A DNA stretch of 64,000 bases from Octopus sinensis. Its lineage: Eukaryota. Of this stretch, positions 49,584-62,609 are shown piece by piece. Position 1 is the first letter of the stretch, and each line of letters starts with the position of its first letter. The translations under genes were made by a program, and so were the position numbers. Location: the NCBI RefSeq assembly GCF_006345805.1, contig NC_043002.1, positions 101,866,001 through 101,930,000 on the forward strand, given 5' to 3'. The notes under the pieces were generated by a model, which was not told the DNA's origin, did no database searches, and saw nothing but the letters and a program-made list of their open reading frames with translations.

Positions 49584-51470
49584 ATATATGTATATATATA
49601 TATGTATATATATATGTATATATATAATATGTATATATATTATATTGTATATATATATGTATATATGTATATATATATATATGTATATATGATATATATG
49701 TATATATATATATATGTATAATATGTATATATATATATGTATATATATATATATGTATATATATGTATATTATATATATGTATATATATATATATGTATA
49801 TATATGTATATATATATATGTACATATATGTATATAATATATATGTATATATATGTATGTATATGTATATATATATATGTATATATGTATATATATGTTA
49901 TATATTATATATAGTATATATATGTATATATATATATGTATATATATGTATATATGTATATATATGTATATATATATTATGTATATATATGTATATATAT
50001 ATATGTATATATAATATATGTATATATGTATGTATATATATATATATATTATGTATGTATGTAAGTATATATGTATGTATGTTATTATATATATATATAT
50101 ATGTATATATGTATATATATGTATATACATATATGTATATATATGTATATATATGTATATATATATGTAATATATGTATATATATATATGTATATATATG
50201 TATATATATATGTAATATATGTATGTATATATATATATGTATAATATATATCTATTGTATATATGTATATATGTATATATATATATATATGTATAATATA
50301 TACTATATATATATATGTATATATATAATATGTATATATGTATATATGTATATATATATATATATGATATATATATGTATATATGTATAATATATATGTA
50401 TATATATATGTATATATGTATATATGTATATTATATATGTATATATATATGTATATAGTATATATATATATGTATATATATATGTATATATGTATATATG
50501 TATATATATATATCTATATATATATGTATATATGTATATAATATATGTATATAGTATATATATATATGTATATATGTATATATATATATTATATATGTAT
50601 ATATATATATGTATATATAACGTATATATATGTATATATATATGTATATATATGTATATATATATATATGTATATATATTATGTATATATATGTATTATA
50701 TATGTATATATATATATATAGTATATATATGTATATATATATATATGAAATATATATGTATATAGATGTATATATTGTATAATATATATATGTAATATAT
50801 AATGTATATATATATATATATGTATATATATATGTATATTATGTATATATATGTATATATATATATGTATATATATGTATGATGTATATTATATATATGT
50901 ATATATATGTATATATATATGTTATATATGTATATATATATGTATATATATGTATATATATATGTATATATATGTATATAATGTATATATGTATATATAT
51001 GTATATATATATATGTATATATATATATGTATATGTATATATGTATATATATGTATATATATATATATATGTATATGTATATATGTATTATATAATATAT
51101 GTATATATATGTATATATATGTTATATGTAATATGTATATATATAATGTATATGTTATATGTATATATATATATATGTATATATATAGATGTATATATAT
51201 ATATGTATATGATATATATGTATATATGTATATATGTATATATATATATGTATATATATGATATAATGTATAATATATATATGTATATATATGTAATATG
51301 TATATATATATATGTATATATATGGTATATAATGTATATATATTATGGATATATGTTATATATATGTGTATATATATGTATATATGTATGTATATATGTA
51401 TATATATATGTATATATGTATGTATATATGTATATATATATGTATGTATACATATATATATATGCATATC
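48622..51470. repeat. ~2.85 kb TA-derived satellite, (TA)2-5TG-type units
   Basis: Nearly continuous purine/pyrimidine alternation with G substitutions on the plus strand. Confidence 0.97.
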
Positions 51471-51723
51471 TATGTGATTGTACATATGTAGTAGTAAGTG
51501 TGTGTATGACTGTATTAATAAGTGTGTAAGTGTATAGAGAAGACGCGAGGGAGACCAACTTTATTGCAAATTTTACCCGATATGTCCTATTTCAAAAGCT
51601 CTCATTTATGCCGAGTTTCGGAGAATAATGAAAAGTAATTGACGTTTACATTCTTGTACTTGTGTACGAGCGCCCGTGCCTGTATGTGTCTGTGTGTATG
51701 TGTGTGTCTGTGTTTATACATAC

Positions 51724-51762
<39 letters not shown>

Positions 51763-52509
51763 AATATATATATACATATATATATACACATATATGCGTA
51801 TATGCGCGCGCCTGTATGAGTTTATGCTTTAGTGGTGTCTATGTACTGGTGTATATATATATGTCAGTGTTCATATCAGCGTGTGTATATTTATACAACC
51901 CTAAACATACAAAGTGGCTTGCCCTTTCGCAGAACCATCAATTTTAAAGACCACTCAATCTGTCAGTTTAACTCTTCTCTGCTTTATTGAATATCATCTC
52001 TTTTCTAACAACAGCAAAGCATACATGTGTGTCTACATATATGCATCATTGTAGAGCAATACTCACTAACGTATTCCTGTTATATATACATATGGATACA
52101 TATGTATTCAATCGGGCATAAATGCATTTGTGATCGTTTCTGTGTATTTACGTCTGTATTTGTATACACGTTGAAAACAGTATACATAAGTACACATGCG
52201 CATACACACATATATATATATACAGATAATCATAGTCCTATGTGTACACAATTATATTCTTATGCAGTGAATGTACATGCTTATATGCATATATACATAC
52301 ATGTATATATATAAATATATATATACATATATATATATACATATTTATATATACATACATATATACATATATAAATATATTATATATATTTATATATATA
52401 TATATATATCATATATATATATATACATACATATACATATATATGATTTCCCTATACTTGTGTATACGTGTAAGCACAAACACATATATAGTTGTTATGT
52501 ATATACATT

Positions 52510-52546
<37 letters not shown>

Positions 52547-53776
52547 GTGCGTGTGTGCATACATATACTTGCAGAAACGTCCATACACATTCAAATGAAA
52601 TATGTAAGAATCTATACATCAAACATATTGATCAAACCTCTCTCCACCTCCCAGTTGCATTCAAATCTGTACGAAGCACACGCATAAATTCACACCCTCC
52701 CCTCACACATTCACAGCCATGGATAGAGAGAGAGAGGGAGAGATTGTCGGAGACATAGAGACAGTCAAAGAGTGAGTGTGTAACACAGAGACACAGAACA
52801 GAGAGGAGAATTACAGCTGTTTAATTACGCATATATATATATCACGAGATGCATACTTGCATATAGAAGTACTTGAGACTAGAATGATTTATCTATAAAT
52901 TGATGTATTTATGAACATATATCAGACATACATACACACACGATCATATAGACAGACAGATATACGTACATGCAAACGGACACAGTTACGTACTCATATA
53001 TATATTTGCGTATATATATATATATATATATATATATACTCATACATATAGAGTATAAATTAAAAAATTATATATGCATGCATTTAAGAAAATGAACATT
53101 TATTTAATTACTCGCACACATGCTTATATATGCATTTATTCCTTAAGTATGTATATACATATGTAGGTATAGTTATGTGTGTGTGTGTGAATGTGTGTGT
53201 AATAGTATATGTTTGACGTGCCCCTCTCTCACTGTCCAACACTTTACACATACTCACCTGAGCATTTACCCACTCTCCCCACTGCGTTCAATATTCTACA
53301 GACACTATTTTTCCCCCCGAGGATTACGACTCAGATATTTCAGGAGAGAGAGAGAGCGAGAGAGAAAGAAAGATAAAGAGAGAGAGTTAGTAGAGCATAG
53401 TAGAGAGTGAGATAGTGAGAAAAAGCAGTTGCATTTGTGTGTGAAAGAGAAAGAGAGAAGAGAGAGAGAGAGAGAGAGAGACAGGAATAAAAGAAGCTTG
53501 AGAGAGAGAGAGAACTAGTTAGATTTTCATGTTTTGTACATTGCCTTTTGAGGAGAATATTCTCTGCGTATTATCTGGCGTATATAATTTATGCTTCGTA
53601 TCCAAATCATATGATATCGTTTGCGATGATTTGTGAAATCTAAATATTGTTCACCATTTTCCCTCTGTGTATCGCAATTCATGTTTTGTTCTATCAAGAT
53701 TACGCAAATTAAAACAAATCAAATCTCCTTACTATGTGTCCTCAAGCTTCCAGTGAAGTAGGCAGAAAATTATAAT

Positions 53777-53809
<33 letters not shown>

Positions 53810-53824
53810 TTAACGCAGGTTTAA

Positions 53825-54033
53825 ACAAGTATTTTTTCTTTCTACATATGTTTCAAAAATTCCACTGATACTTATTCAAAAGAATAAAAGGTATAAACAA
53901 TGCAATCTTCTCTTCGGACAAGTTTCGTTTTTTTTCACTTTCCCGAAAGAAGATTGCATGTTTTATACCTTTTATTCTTTGAATAAGTATCAGTGGAATT
54001 TTTGAAACATATGTAGAAAAGAAAAATACTTGT
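53825..54033. repeat. Fold-back inverted repeat, ~92-bp arms and ~25-nt loop
   Basis: ACAAGTATTTTTTCTTTCTACATATGTTTCAAAAATTCCACTGATACTTATTCAAA...TCTTCGG versus CCGAAAGAAGA...TTTGAATAAGTATCAGTGGAATTTTTGAAACATATGTAGAAAAGAAAAATACTTGT. Confidence 0.95.
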
Positions 54034-54052
54034 AAAATACCACTCATCTATT

Positions 54053-54086
<34 letters not shown>

Positions 54087-54163
54087 CTATATATATAGAT
54101 ATAGTAATATATTATATATATATATATACATATATATAATAGTGTGTGTGTGTGTGTGTGTGT

Positions 54164-54483
54164 GGAGGCGCAATGGCCCAATGGTTAGAGCAGCGGACTC
54201 GCGGTCCGTCCGATCGCGGTTTTCGATTCCCAGACCCGGTCGTTGTGAGTGTTTATTGAGCGAAAACACCTAAGCTCAACGAGGCTCCGGCAGGGGGTGA
54301 TGGGGATCCCTGCTGTACTCTTTCACCACAACATTCTTCTCCACTCTTTCTTACTGTTGGCCTGCTCGCTTAGCCAGCGGTGTGGCGTCATTTGAAAGGC
54401 TAACATCAATTGCCGAGGCGCATTATGTACCAGTCGATGTTTAGCAACTTCTGATAGACTGTTCGGCGCGAGAGCACGGTGAT
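54164..54483 (+). mobile_element. SINE family C (tail type 2)
   Basis: Collinear with the reverse complement of 16621-16936. Confidence 0.9.
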
Positions 54484-55213
54484 ATTATATAATATACATA
54501 TAATATAATATTAAGATGGGGGACTGGGGGTGTGGGTGTATGTCTGTGTGTGTGTGTGAAGTGTGTGTGTAATTAATATTCTACTTACGCTCTATTGATT
54601 TCTTTACGGTGACCGTACGGGTAGCCCAGTAAATCTTTGAGAAGATTATATATGTACGTAAACACACGCACACGCACATTCATATAAACATACATATCCT
54701 TCTACGTGTGTATGAAACACATTAGCCAAGTATTATTCCACGTTTAACATAGCCAACCCAAGCAAAACCCTGCTTAATAGCTATATTTCCATGAATATAA
54801 TAAAACAACGGTTAATTCTCGGCAGAAATCTTTCATATGAAATCACATCAATGTTTCTTTCGTATAGTTGTTGTTGTTGTTGTTCTTCTTCTTCTTCTTC
54901 TTCCCTGTCGTTGTGTTTGCTGCTCCTGCTGCTGTCTTAGTTGTGTGAAATGTTGTTTTTAAGCGTTTTTGTTTTCATGTTGTAACAACAGCAACCTTCG
55001 CGTTACTTAGCTGTTGCTTTCTGATTAGATTTATTTATGGCGAGCATAAAGAATACATCGATTTTATGCTTGATAATGTTGCATGTACACACACACACAC
55101 ACACACACGCAAAAATAAATATATACTACATATATATATATATTACGTGTATAGAATGGATGTAAAATATATTGTGAATATATATATATATTTATATATA
55201 TATATACACAAAT

Positions 55214-55296
<83 letters not shown>

Positions 55297-55494
55297 ATAT
55301 ATATATACACACAAATATATATGTATATCTATATCCCTGAACTCTCTCTCTCTCTCTTTGTTCGTCTACCTTCTACCTACCTGCAATTACATCTCTCGAT
55401 GTGCATATACATAACTATAGCTAGAAAGGGAGATATATATAGGAACAAATAAAGTTAAATTAATTGACAGAGAGAGAAAACGACAGACAGACAG

Positions 55495-55526
<32 letters not shown>

Positions 55527-56064
55527 TTTTGCATCTAAGTGTGGGCATGCATATTTGCCTGTCTCTATCTAACAATCTAATATAAATAATACATAAATAT
55601 ATGCATATATACATACACATATGTACATACCTAGAAATATATGTATATATACATGCATATATGGGTACAGGACATAAAAAAAACGTGAACAAAAAGAGAA
55701 ACGTGAACATAAAAAATGACATAGAAGCGAAGACAATATGTGCTTTGTCTAACTCCTTACCTTCTCGGAGATTTTAGGTAAAATTATACTAATGTGTCCA
55801 TCTGTTTTAATTTAATGAAATTCTATGTATTTGTGCAGCTGAGGATTGCTCTGTATTTAAATTGATGTAATGATTGCATTGTTCAATTAAATGGAGTTGC
55901 ATTACCTCTGGATATCGTTTGTTGCTTATTTTGATTATTATAACTAATTTTGAAATTGTATGAATAATGCCGTACTAAATTCTGGTTTACTCATCTTAAA
56001 ATACCATATTTCTCTCAATCTAAATTTTATATATGTATATATATTTGTGTGCGTGTGCGTGTTG

Positions 56065-56129
<65 letters not shown>

Positions 56130-56324
56130 ATGTGTGTGTGTGGTGTGTGTGTTTTTCATTCTCTCTCCATTGTTTTTCCACTTAATCCTTTCTGTCAAAG
56201 AGTGTAGTCTTGAAACTTAAGCGACTTTTCCATTTTTCCCCGAGCGGCGGTAAACTAATTTACCTGTTTATTGTTCCTACATTTCTGTTCGTCATTTATG
56301 TCTGTAAATTTAAAGTATAAATAT

Positions 56325-56740
56325 TTAGGCGCAGGTTTGGTTGTGTGGTAAGAAGCTTGCTTCCCAGCCACATGGTTCTGGGTTCAGTTCCACTTCGTTG
56401 TACCTTGGAAATGTGTGTTCTACTATAGACTCGGGCCGACCAATTCCTTGTGAGTGGATGTGGTAGATGGAAACTGAAAGAAGCCCGTCGCATATACATA
56501 TAAGTGTTTGTGTGTGTGTGTGTGTGTATTTGTGTGTCTGTGTTTGTCTCCCCAACATCACTTGACAACCGATTTTGGTGTGTTTGCGTCCTTGTAACTT
56601 AGCAGTTCGGCAAAAGAGTCCGATAGGATAAGTACTGGGCATACAATGATTAAGCCCTGGAGTATATTTGTTCGACCAAAGGCGGTGCTGCAGCATGGCT
56701 TCAGTCAAATGACTGAGACAAGTAAAAGAAATAGAAAAAG
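56325..56740 (+). mobile_element. SINE family B, full length
   Basis: TAGGCGCAGG head, TG tract, GGCGGTGCTGCAGCATGGC tail. Confidence 0.88.
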
Positions 56741-58029
56741 AAATATGCATATATAAGAGAGAGAGAAAGAGAGAGAGAGTCAGAGAAAGCCTAGGGGAGA
56801 GAGAGAGTTGTTGAAGGGAACTATATCATGTGAGTGAAAAGAGTTAAGCATTATAGACAGATGGTTAGAAAACTCGACACATTTTCAGACATATTGACAA
56901 GCTGATGTGGAGTCGACCAGAGAGAGAGAGACCAACAATCAGATAGAAAGATAGATCGAAAGCAATTTGCTAACTTGCAGAATATAAAGAGATATTGATG
57001 GAAGCAGGCCTGAATAAAACACTGACATTCCTATGCTTTCCTTATACAATATATTTAATAATCAAATATGCGATAGACTTTTTCCTTAAATTTTGCCATT
57101 TATCTTTTTTTATTTGAATATTTCAAAATAATATGAAAATGTTAATTTAATATCATTGCATTTGTCTGACTATCGTGTCGCTAAAATTCCAATAATTCGT
57201 ATTTTATGATCTGCAGCTTGTAATTACACTGTTGATGAAATAGTTAAAGCTTATCCCGGTAATAATACGTCCGCCCGCTAATCTCTCTCCTACTAAGACC
57301 GTATCTAGTAATTAAAAAGAAAAAAAAACATGAAGAATATCACTTTTTCTCTTTTCATTTCCGGAATAATTCTAGTGAAAGTATGACATAATTTAAGTGA
57401 CTAATTAGCCACGAAGATGTAGACCAAGGATGCCTAACGAACAGAAACATATACATGATATATTTATATAAGACCATAAAATAGCACATCGAATCCAGGA
57501 TGCATACCATTTCCATCAATTCGATGGTATGAAAAGAGACACTCACGAAATACCAAACTGGAAAATTAAACGCGTTGTATTGTTAACCATTTGGATTTCC
57601 TTGGCAACATAGTCAAAGAAAATTCGTTGTGAAACTCGCAAATAGAAAGTCTGTGAATAAGTATTTGGTTTGCTGGAAATGTATTTACCTACGACGCTAT
57701 ACTTCACTATTCGCAAAATTAAACGAAATAATAAATATTTTATTTTCGTATTGATCGCCACAGGACACCTCTTTGCAGAAGCAGACGATGAACAGCCGTA
57801 AGTGAAAAAAATCTTTAATAGGATATATTCCATCCATGGACATATTTTTCCATCACATATCTTTTTTTTTTCTTCCTGAAGCATTCAGTACCTTAAGATA
57901 TTTGTACACACCACTCTTTATTATTTATATTGTCAAAATATTTCGGAAAACGAAAAGGGGCTATCTTGTTGCTTGTATTTTATTTCATTTGAAACATTCC
58001 TTATGGTACAAAGCTAGAAATGTTTGTAA

Positions 58030-58360
58030 GAAGGATACCAACACTTGACTGGCGTTTTATTATGTAGATTCCAAAAGGATGAAAGGGAAAGTCTACCTCG
58101 GCACCATTTGAACTCGGAACTTTGAATCTGAAGAAAAGCTGCTAAGTGTTTTCTATGGAACGGTGACCATTCAACCTGCTCCACAGCATTGATAATAAGT
58201 TCAAATTTTGGCACAAAGCTAGCATGAAGTGGGGGAGGTACGCCCATTACATCGACCCCCCAGTGTGTAACTGAATAGATGAAAGGCAAAGTCGACCCCG
58301 GCAGAATTTGAACTCAGAACATGAAGACGGGTGAAACGATTATGTCAGCTCACCGCCTTA
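58030..58360 (-). mobile_element. Diverged SINE family A derivatives (repeated at ~59975-60300)
   Basis: AAAGGATGAAAGGGAAAGTC..., GATGAAAGGCAAAGTCGACCCCGGCAGAATTTGAACTCAGAAC, head CAGCTCACCGCCTTA. Confidence 0.7.
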
Positions 58361-59008
58361 ATAAATAATAATACTAAATAATAATAAATAATAATAATAA
58401 TATAATAATAATTACAACAACAACAATACACCAACGACATCAGCAAAGCAATAGAACAACGATAACAATAACAGCGATAACAACAACGGCCATAATAATA
58501 TTGATCTCTTAATAATTTTAATAATAGGTTCTCTACAAGCCACAAATTTTCAAGGTGCGCCTCAATGAGATTGTATGACGTTGATTCAAGCCACATTCAC
58601 TTGATTGATACGTTAGTATGATTTTTCGTCATAATAACAGACATCACTTTCTTTTATTATTACTTCCTTCCGATACTGTTGTTGTTTGTTGTTGTTGTCG
58701 TTACTTACTTTCGTGGTTTTCTCTACTGTTCTGAATAGCTTTGTTGCTTTTGGAAAATCTTTGATTTCGTCTTGTTATAGGTTGGTGTTTGCTCTTTCCA
58801 CTGTGTTTTCATTGAAAATCGACGACCTACAAAGGAGCTCTCTCTTTTTTAATATTTTAAAATTACAATACCTAATTCATTCCTGTAATACCACCTTTTC
58901 ATTTCAAGAATTCGTGGCATTTTCTCATTTCTGAAAAATGTCTGCACCACTGACGGTGAATGAGAAGAATTTATAAATATACGTATACATCATATATACA
59001 TATAGTAT

Positions 59009-59048
<40 letters not shown>

Positions 59049-59074
59049 TATATATATATATATATATATATATA

Positions 59075-59105
<31 letters not shown>

Positions 59106-59384
59106 GTATTAGTGTTAGGCTGTGTTGCGCCAGCCAACAGGAATATACTGAGGAACGTTCATGTACGGAGGTTGATCAAATTTATTATACGTAGGCATTG
59201 ATTGTTATTTCAAGCTCGTATCACGACAGTTATAAATTGAAGTTAATTTAATAAACATAGGATAGAAAACTTACCACAGAGCCCACCATGCAATTCTCTC
59301 TTCTTGGTGTATGTATGTTATATATATATTATATATATATAATATATATTATATATATATATGTTAGATCGTTAGCACTACAAC

Positions 59385-59525
59385 ATTTTTCTCCTTGTCT
59401 TTCTGTGTCCCTTTCTGTAGAAGAACGTAGGCTCGAAACGTAAAGACTTTTTCTATTCTGAGCGTTATACTAATACACCAGTTTGGTTGTACACCACCTG
59501 TCTTCGTCTTTTGTTTTTTTCGTAA
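59385..59525 (+). mobile_element. PLE pLTR-like cassette with hammerhead-like motif (duplicated at ~61325-61480)
   Basis: CTTTCTGTAGAAGAACGTAGGCTCGAAACGTAAAG at 59411-59445, located between (TA)n and (TATC)n. Confidence 0.6.
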
Positions 59526-59532
59526 ACTCTCC

Positions 59533-59566
<34 letters not shown>

Positions 59567-59781
59567 CTCTCTCTTCTCTCCCTCTCTCTCTATCATATAT
59601 ATATATATATATTCTATATATATAGAATATATACTATATATCTATATATATAATACATATATATATATATATATAATATTATATATATATATTCTATCAT
59701 ATTTTATACATTATATGTGAATGAAGTACTTTCTAAATTTGTGTTTCTCAGAGAGGCTCATTTTCAATACCTCACTCCGAC

Positions 59782-59812
<31 letters not shown>

Positions 59813-59851
59813 GCAAGCATATTTACATACATTTCTCTTTCTAATGTTTGC

Positions 59852-59951
59852 NNNNNNNNNNNNNNNNNNNNNNNNNNNNNNNNNNNNNNNNNNNNNNNNN
59901 NNNNNNNNNNNNNNNNNNNNNNNNNNNNNNNNNNNNNNNNNNNNNNNNNNN
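59852..59951. other. Scaffold gap (100 N) flanked by a ~1.85 kb overlap duplication (58006-59851 ~ 59952-61801)
   Basis: Sequence right after the gap restarts at GTACAAAGCTAGAAATG (=58006); sequence before the gap ends as at ~61800. Confidence 0.95.
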
Positions 59952-60955
59952 GTACAAAGCTAGAAATGTTGGTAAGAAGGATACCAACACTTGACTGGCG
60001 TTTTATTATGTAGATCCCAAAAGGATGAAAGGGAAAGTCAACTCGGCACCATTTGAACTCGGAACTTTGAATCTGAAGAAAAGCTGCTAAGTGTTTTCTA
60101 TGGAACGTGACCATTCAACCTGTCCACAGCATGATAATAAGTTCATTTTGGCACAAAGCTAGCATGAAGTGGGGGAGGTACGCCCATTACATCGACCCCC
60201 CAGTGTGTAACTGAATAGATGAAAGGCAAAGTCGACCCCGGCAGAATTTGAACTCAGAACATGAAGACGGGTGAAACGATTATGTCAGCTCACCGCCTTA
60301 ATAATAATAATAATAATAATAATAACATAATAATAATAATAATAATAATAATAATTACAACAACAACAAATACCAACGACATCAGCAAAAGCAATAAGAA
60401 CAACGATAACAATAACAGCGATAACAACAACGGCCATAATAATATTGATCTCTTTAATAATTTTAATAATAGGTTCTCTACCAAGCCACAAATTTTCAAG
60501 GTGCGCCTCAATGAGATTGTATGACGTTGATTCAAGCCACACTTCTACTTGATATGATAACGTTAATGATATTTTCCGTCATAATAACAGGCATCACTTT
60601 CTTTTATTATTACTTCAGTTCCGATACTGTTGTTGTTGTTGTTGTTGTCGTTACTTTCGTGTTTTCTCTACTGTTCTGAATAGCTTTGTTGCTTATTGGA
60701 AAATCTTTGATTTCGTCTTGTTATAGGTTGGTGTTTGCTCTTTCACTGTGTTTTTCATTGAAAATCGACGACCTACAAAGGAGCTCTCTCTTTTTTAATA
60801 TTTTAAAATTACAATACCTAATTCATTCCTGTAATACCACCTTTTCATTTCAAGAATTCGTGGCATTTTCTCATTTCTGAAAAATGTCTGCACCACTGAC
60901 GGTGAATGAGAAGAATTTAATAAATATACGTATACATCATATATACATATAGTAT

Positions 60956-60995
<40 letters not shown>

Positions 60996-61021
60996 TATAT
61001 ATATATATATATATATATATA

Positions 61022-61052
<31 letters not shown>

Positions 61053-61479
61053 GTATTAGTGTTAGGCTGTGTTGCGCCAGCCAACAGGAATATACTGAGG
61101 AACGTTCATGTACGGAGGTTGATCAAATTTATTATACGTAGGCATTGATTGTTATTTCAAGCTCGTATCACGACAGTTATAAATTGAAGTTAATTTAATA
61201 AACATAGGATAGAAAACTTACCACAGAGCCCACCATGCAATTCTCTCTTCTTGGTGTATGTATGTTATATATATATTATATATATATAATATATATTATA
61301 TATATATATGTTAGATCGTTAGCACTACAACATTTTTCTCCTTGTCTTTCTGTGTCCCTTTCTGTAGAAGAACGTAGGCTCGAAACGTAAAGACTTTTTC
61401 TATTCTGAGCGTTATACTAATACACCAGTTTGGTTGTACACCACCTGTCTTCGTCTTTTGTTTTTTTCGTAAACTCTCC

Positions 61480-61513
<34 letters not shown>

Positions 61514-61728
61514 CTCTCTCTTCTCTCCCTCTCTCTCTATCATATATATATATATATATTCTATATATATAGAATATATACTATATATCTATATATATAA
61601 TACATATATATATATATATATAATATTATATATATATATTCTATCATATTTTATACATTATATGTGAATGAAGTACTTTCTAAATTTGTGTTTCTCAGAG
61701 AGGCTCATTTTCAATACCTCACTCCGAC

Positions 61729-61763
<35 letters not shown>

Positions 61764-62444
61764 GCATATATTTACATACATTTCTCTTTCTAATGTTTTG
61801 CCGTCAGTGCATTCAGTCCCTCGCATTATTATATTCGCTACCCTGTTGTTCGATGTTACTTCTCAAATTGACTCACTGAAAAAACTGATGCATATTTTGA
61901 GTGTCTGGCGTCCAATATATATTTAGAGTCTTCCTGTTTATATTAAAAACTGTTGAATATCTGTTGCTTTCTTCCATATTTATAATTTCTTAACATGTAT
62001 CATTAAATATCATTAAAGTCTTCTTCTCTCGAAGCGTGCGTGGTGACGATATTTTGAGAACTGTGCATTGTGGTGAAAGGCTACAATGAAGATGTGGGTT
62101 TACTCCAAGTGAATTAGACGTAGCATTCGATATTACGTGGTGATTTAAAATTTAATTAATTATTACATTAATAATGATATTTACGTTAACGCAGTCATGT
62201 AATATATAGTTGATGTATAATTTTAAGCAAATTACTAACAACATTTCTCACATGATAAATGAGGTTTGCGGAGGTGTTTAATTGAAATGGGGACTGAAGT
62301 CATTAGCGGTGAAATTCCTTGTTGTGAAGAGGGAGGGACAGAAAGAGAGTGAGGGAGAGAGAGAGTGTGGGATGCTTTACAAATTGACGACATCGTTAAG
62401 GCTGTAGACAAATCCAAGTGTATATTTTATGTTTAGTTTCTCTC

Positions 62445-62560
62445 ATTGAATTGCGGTCATGCTGGAGTACAGCTTTGAAGAATTTCGTCAAACAAATCGA
62501 CTCCATGACTTATCTTTAAGGTTTATATTTATTCTCTCAGATTTCTTTGCTGAAAACACA
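62445..62560 (-). mobile_element. Diverged SINE family B 3' fragment
   Basis: TGCGGTCATGCTGGAGTACAGC...ATCGACTCCATGACTTAT. Confidence 0.55.
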
Positions 62561-62609
62561 TAATATATATATATTATATATATATATATATTATATATAT
62601 ATATATATC

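Noticed and set aside
48604-51529. Multiple 200+ aa Tyr/Ile/Met/Val ORFs (also at 19.6, 25, 30.7, 38, 39 and 52 kb)
   Set aside because: Artefacts of (TA)n/(TATG)n/(TATC)n repeats
57360-57884. 113-aa minus-strand ORF and a short hydrophobic plus-strand ORF
   Set aside because: No recognisable motif; compatible with chance ORFs in AT-rich DNA
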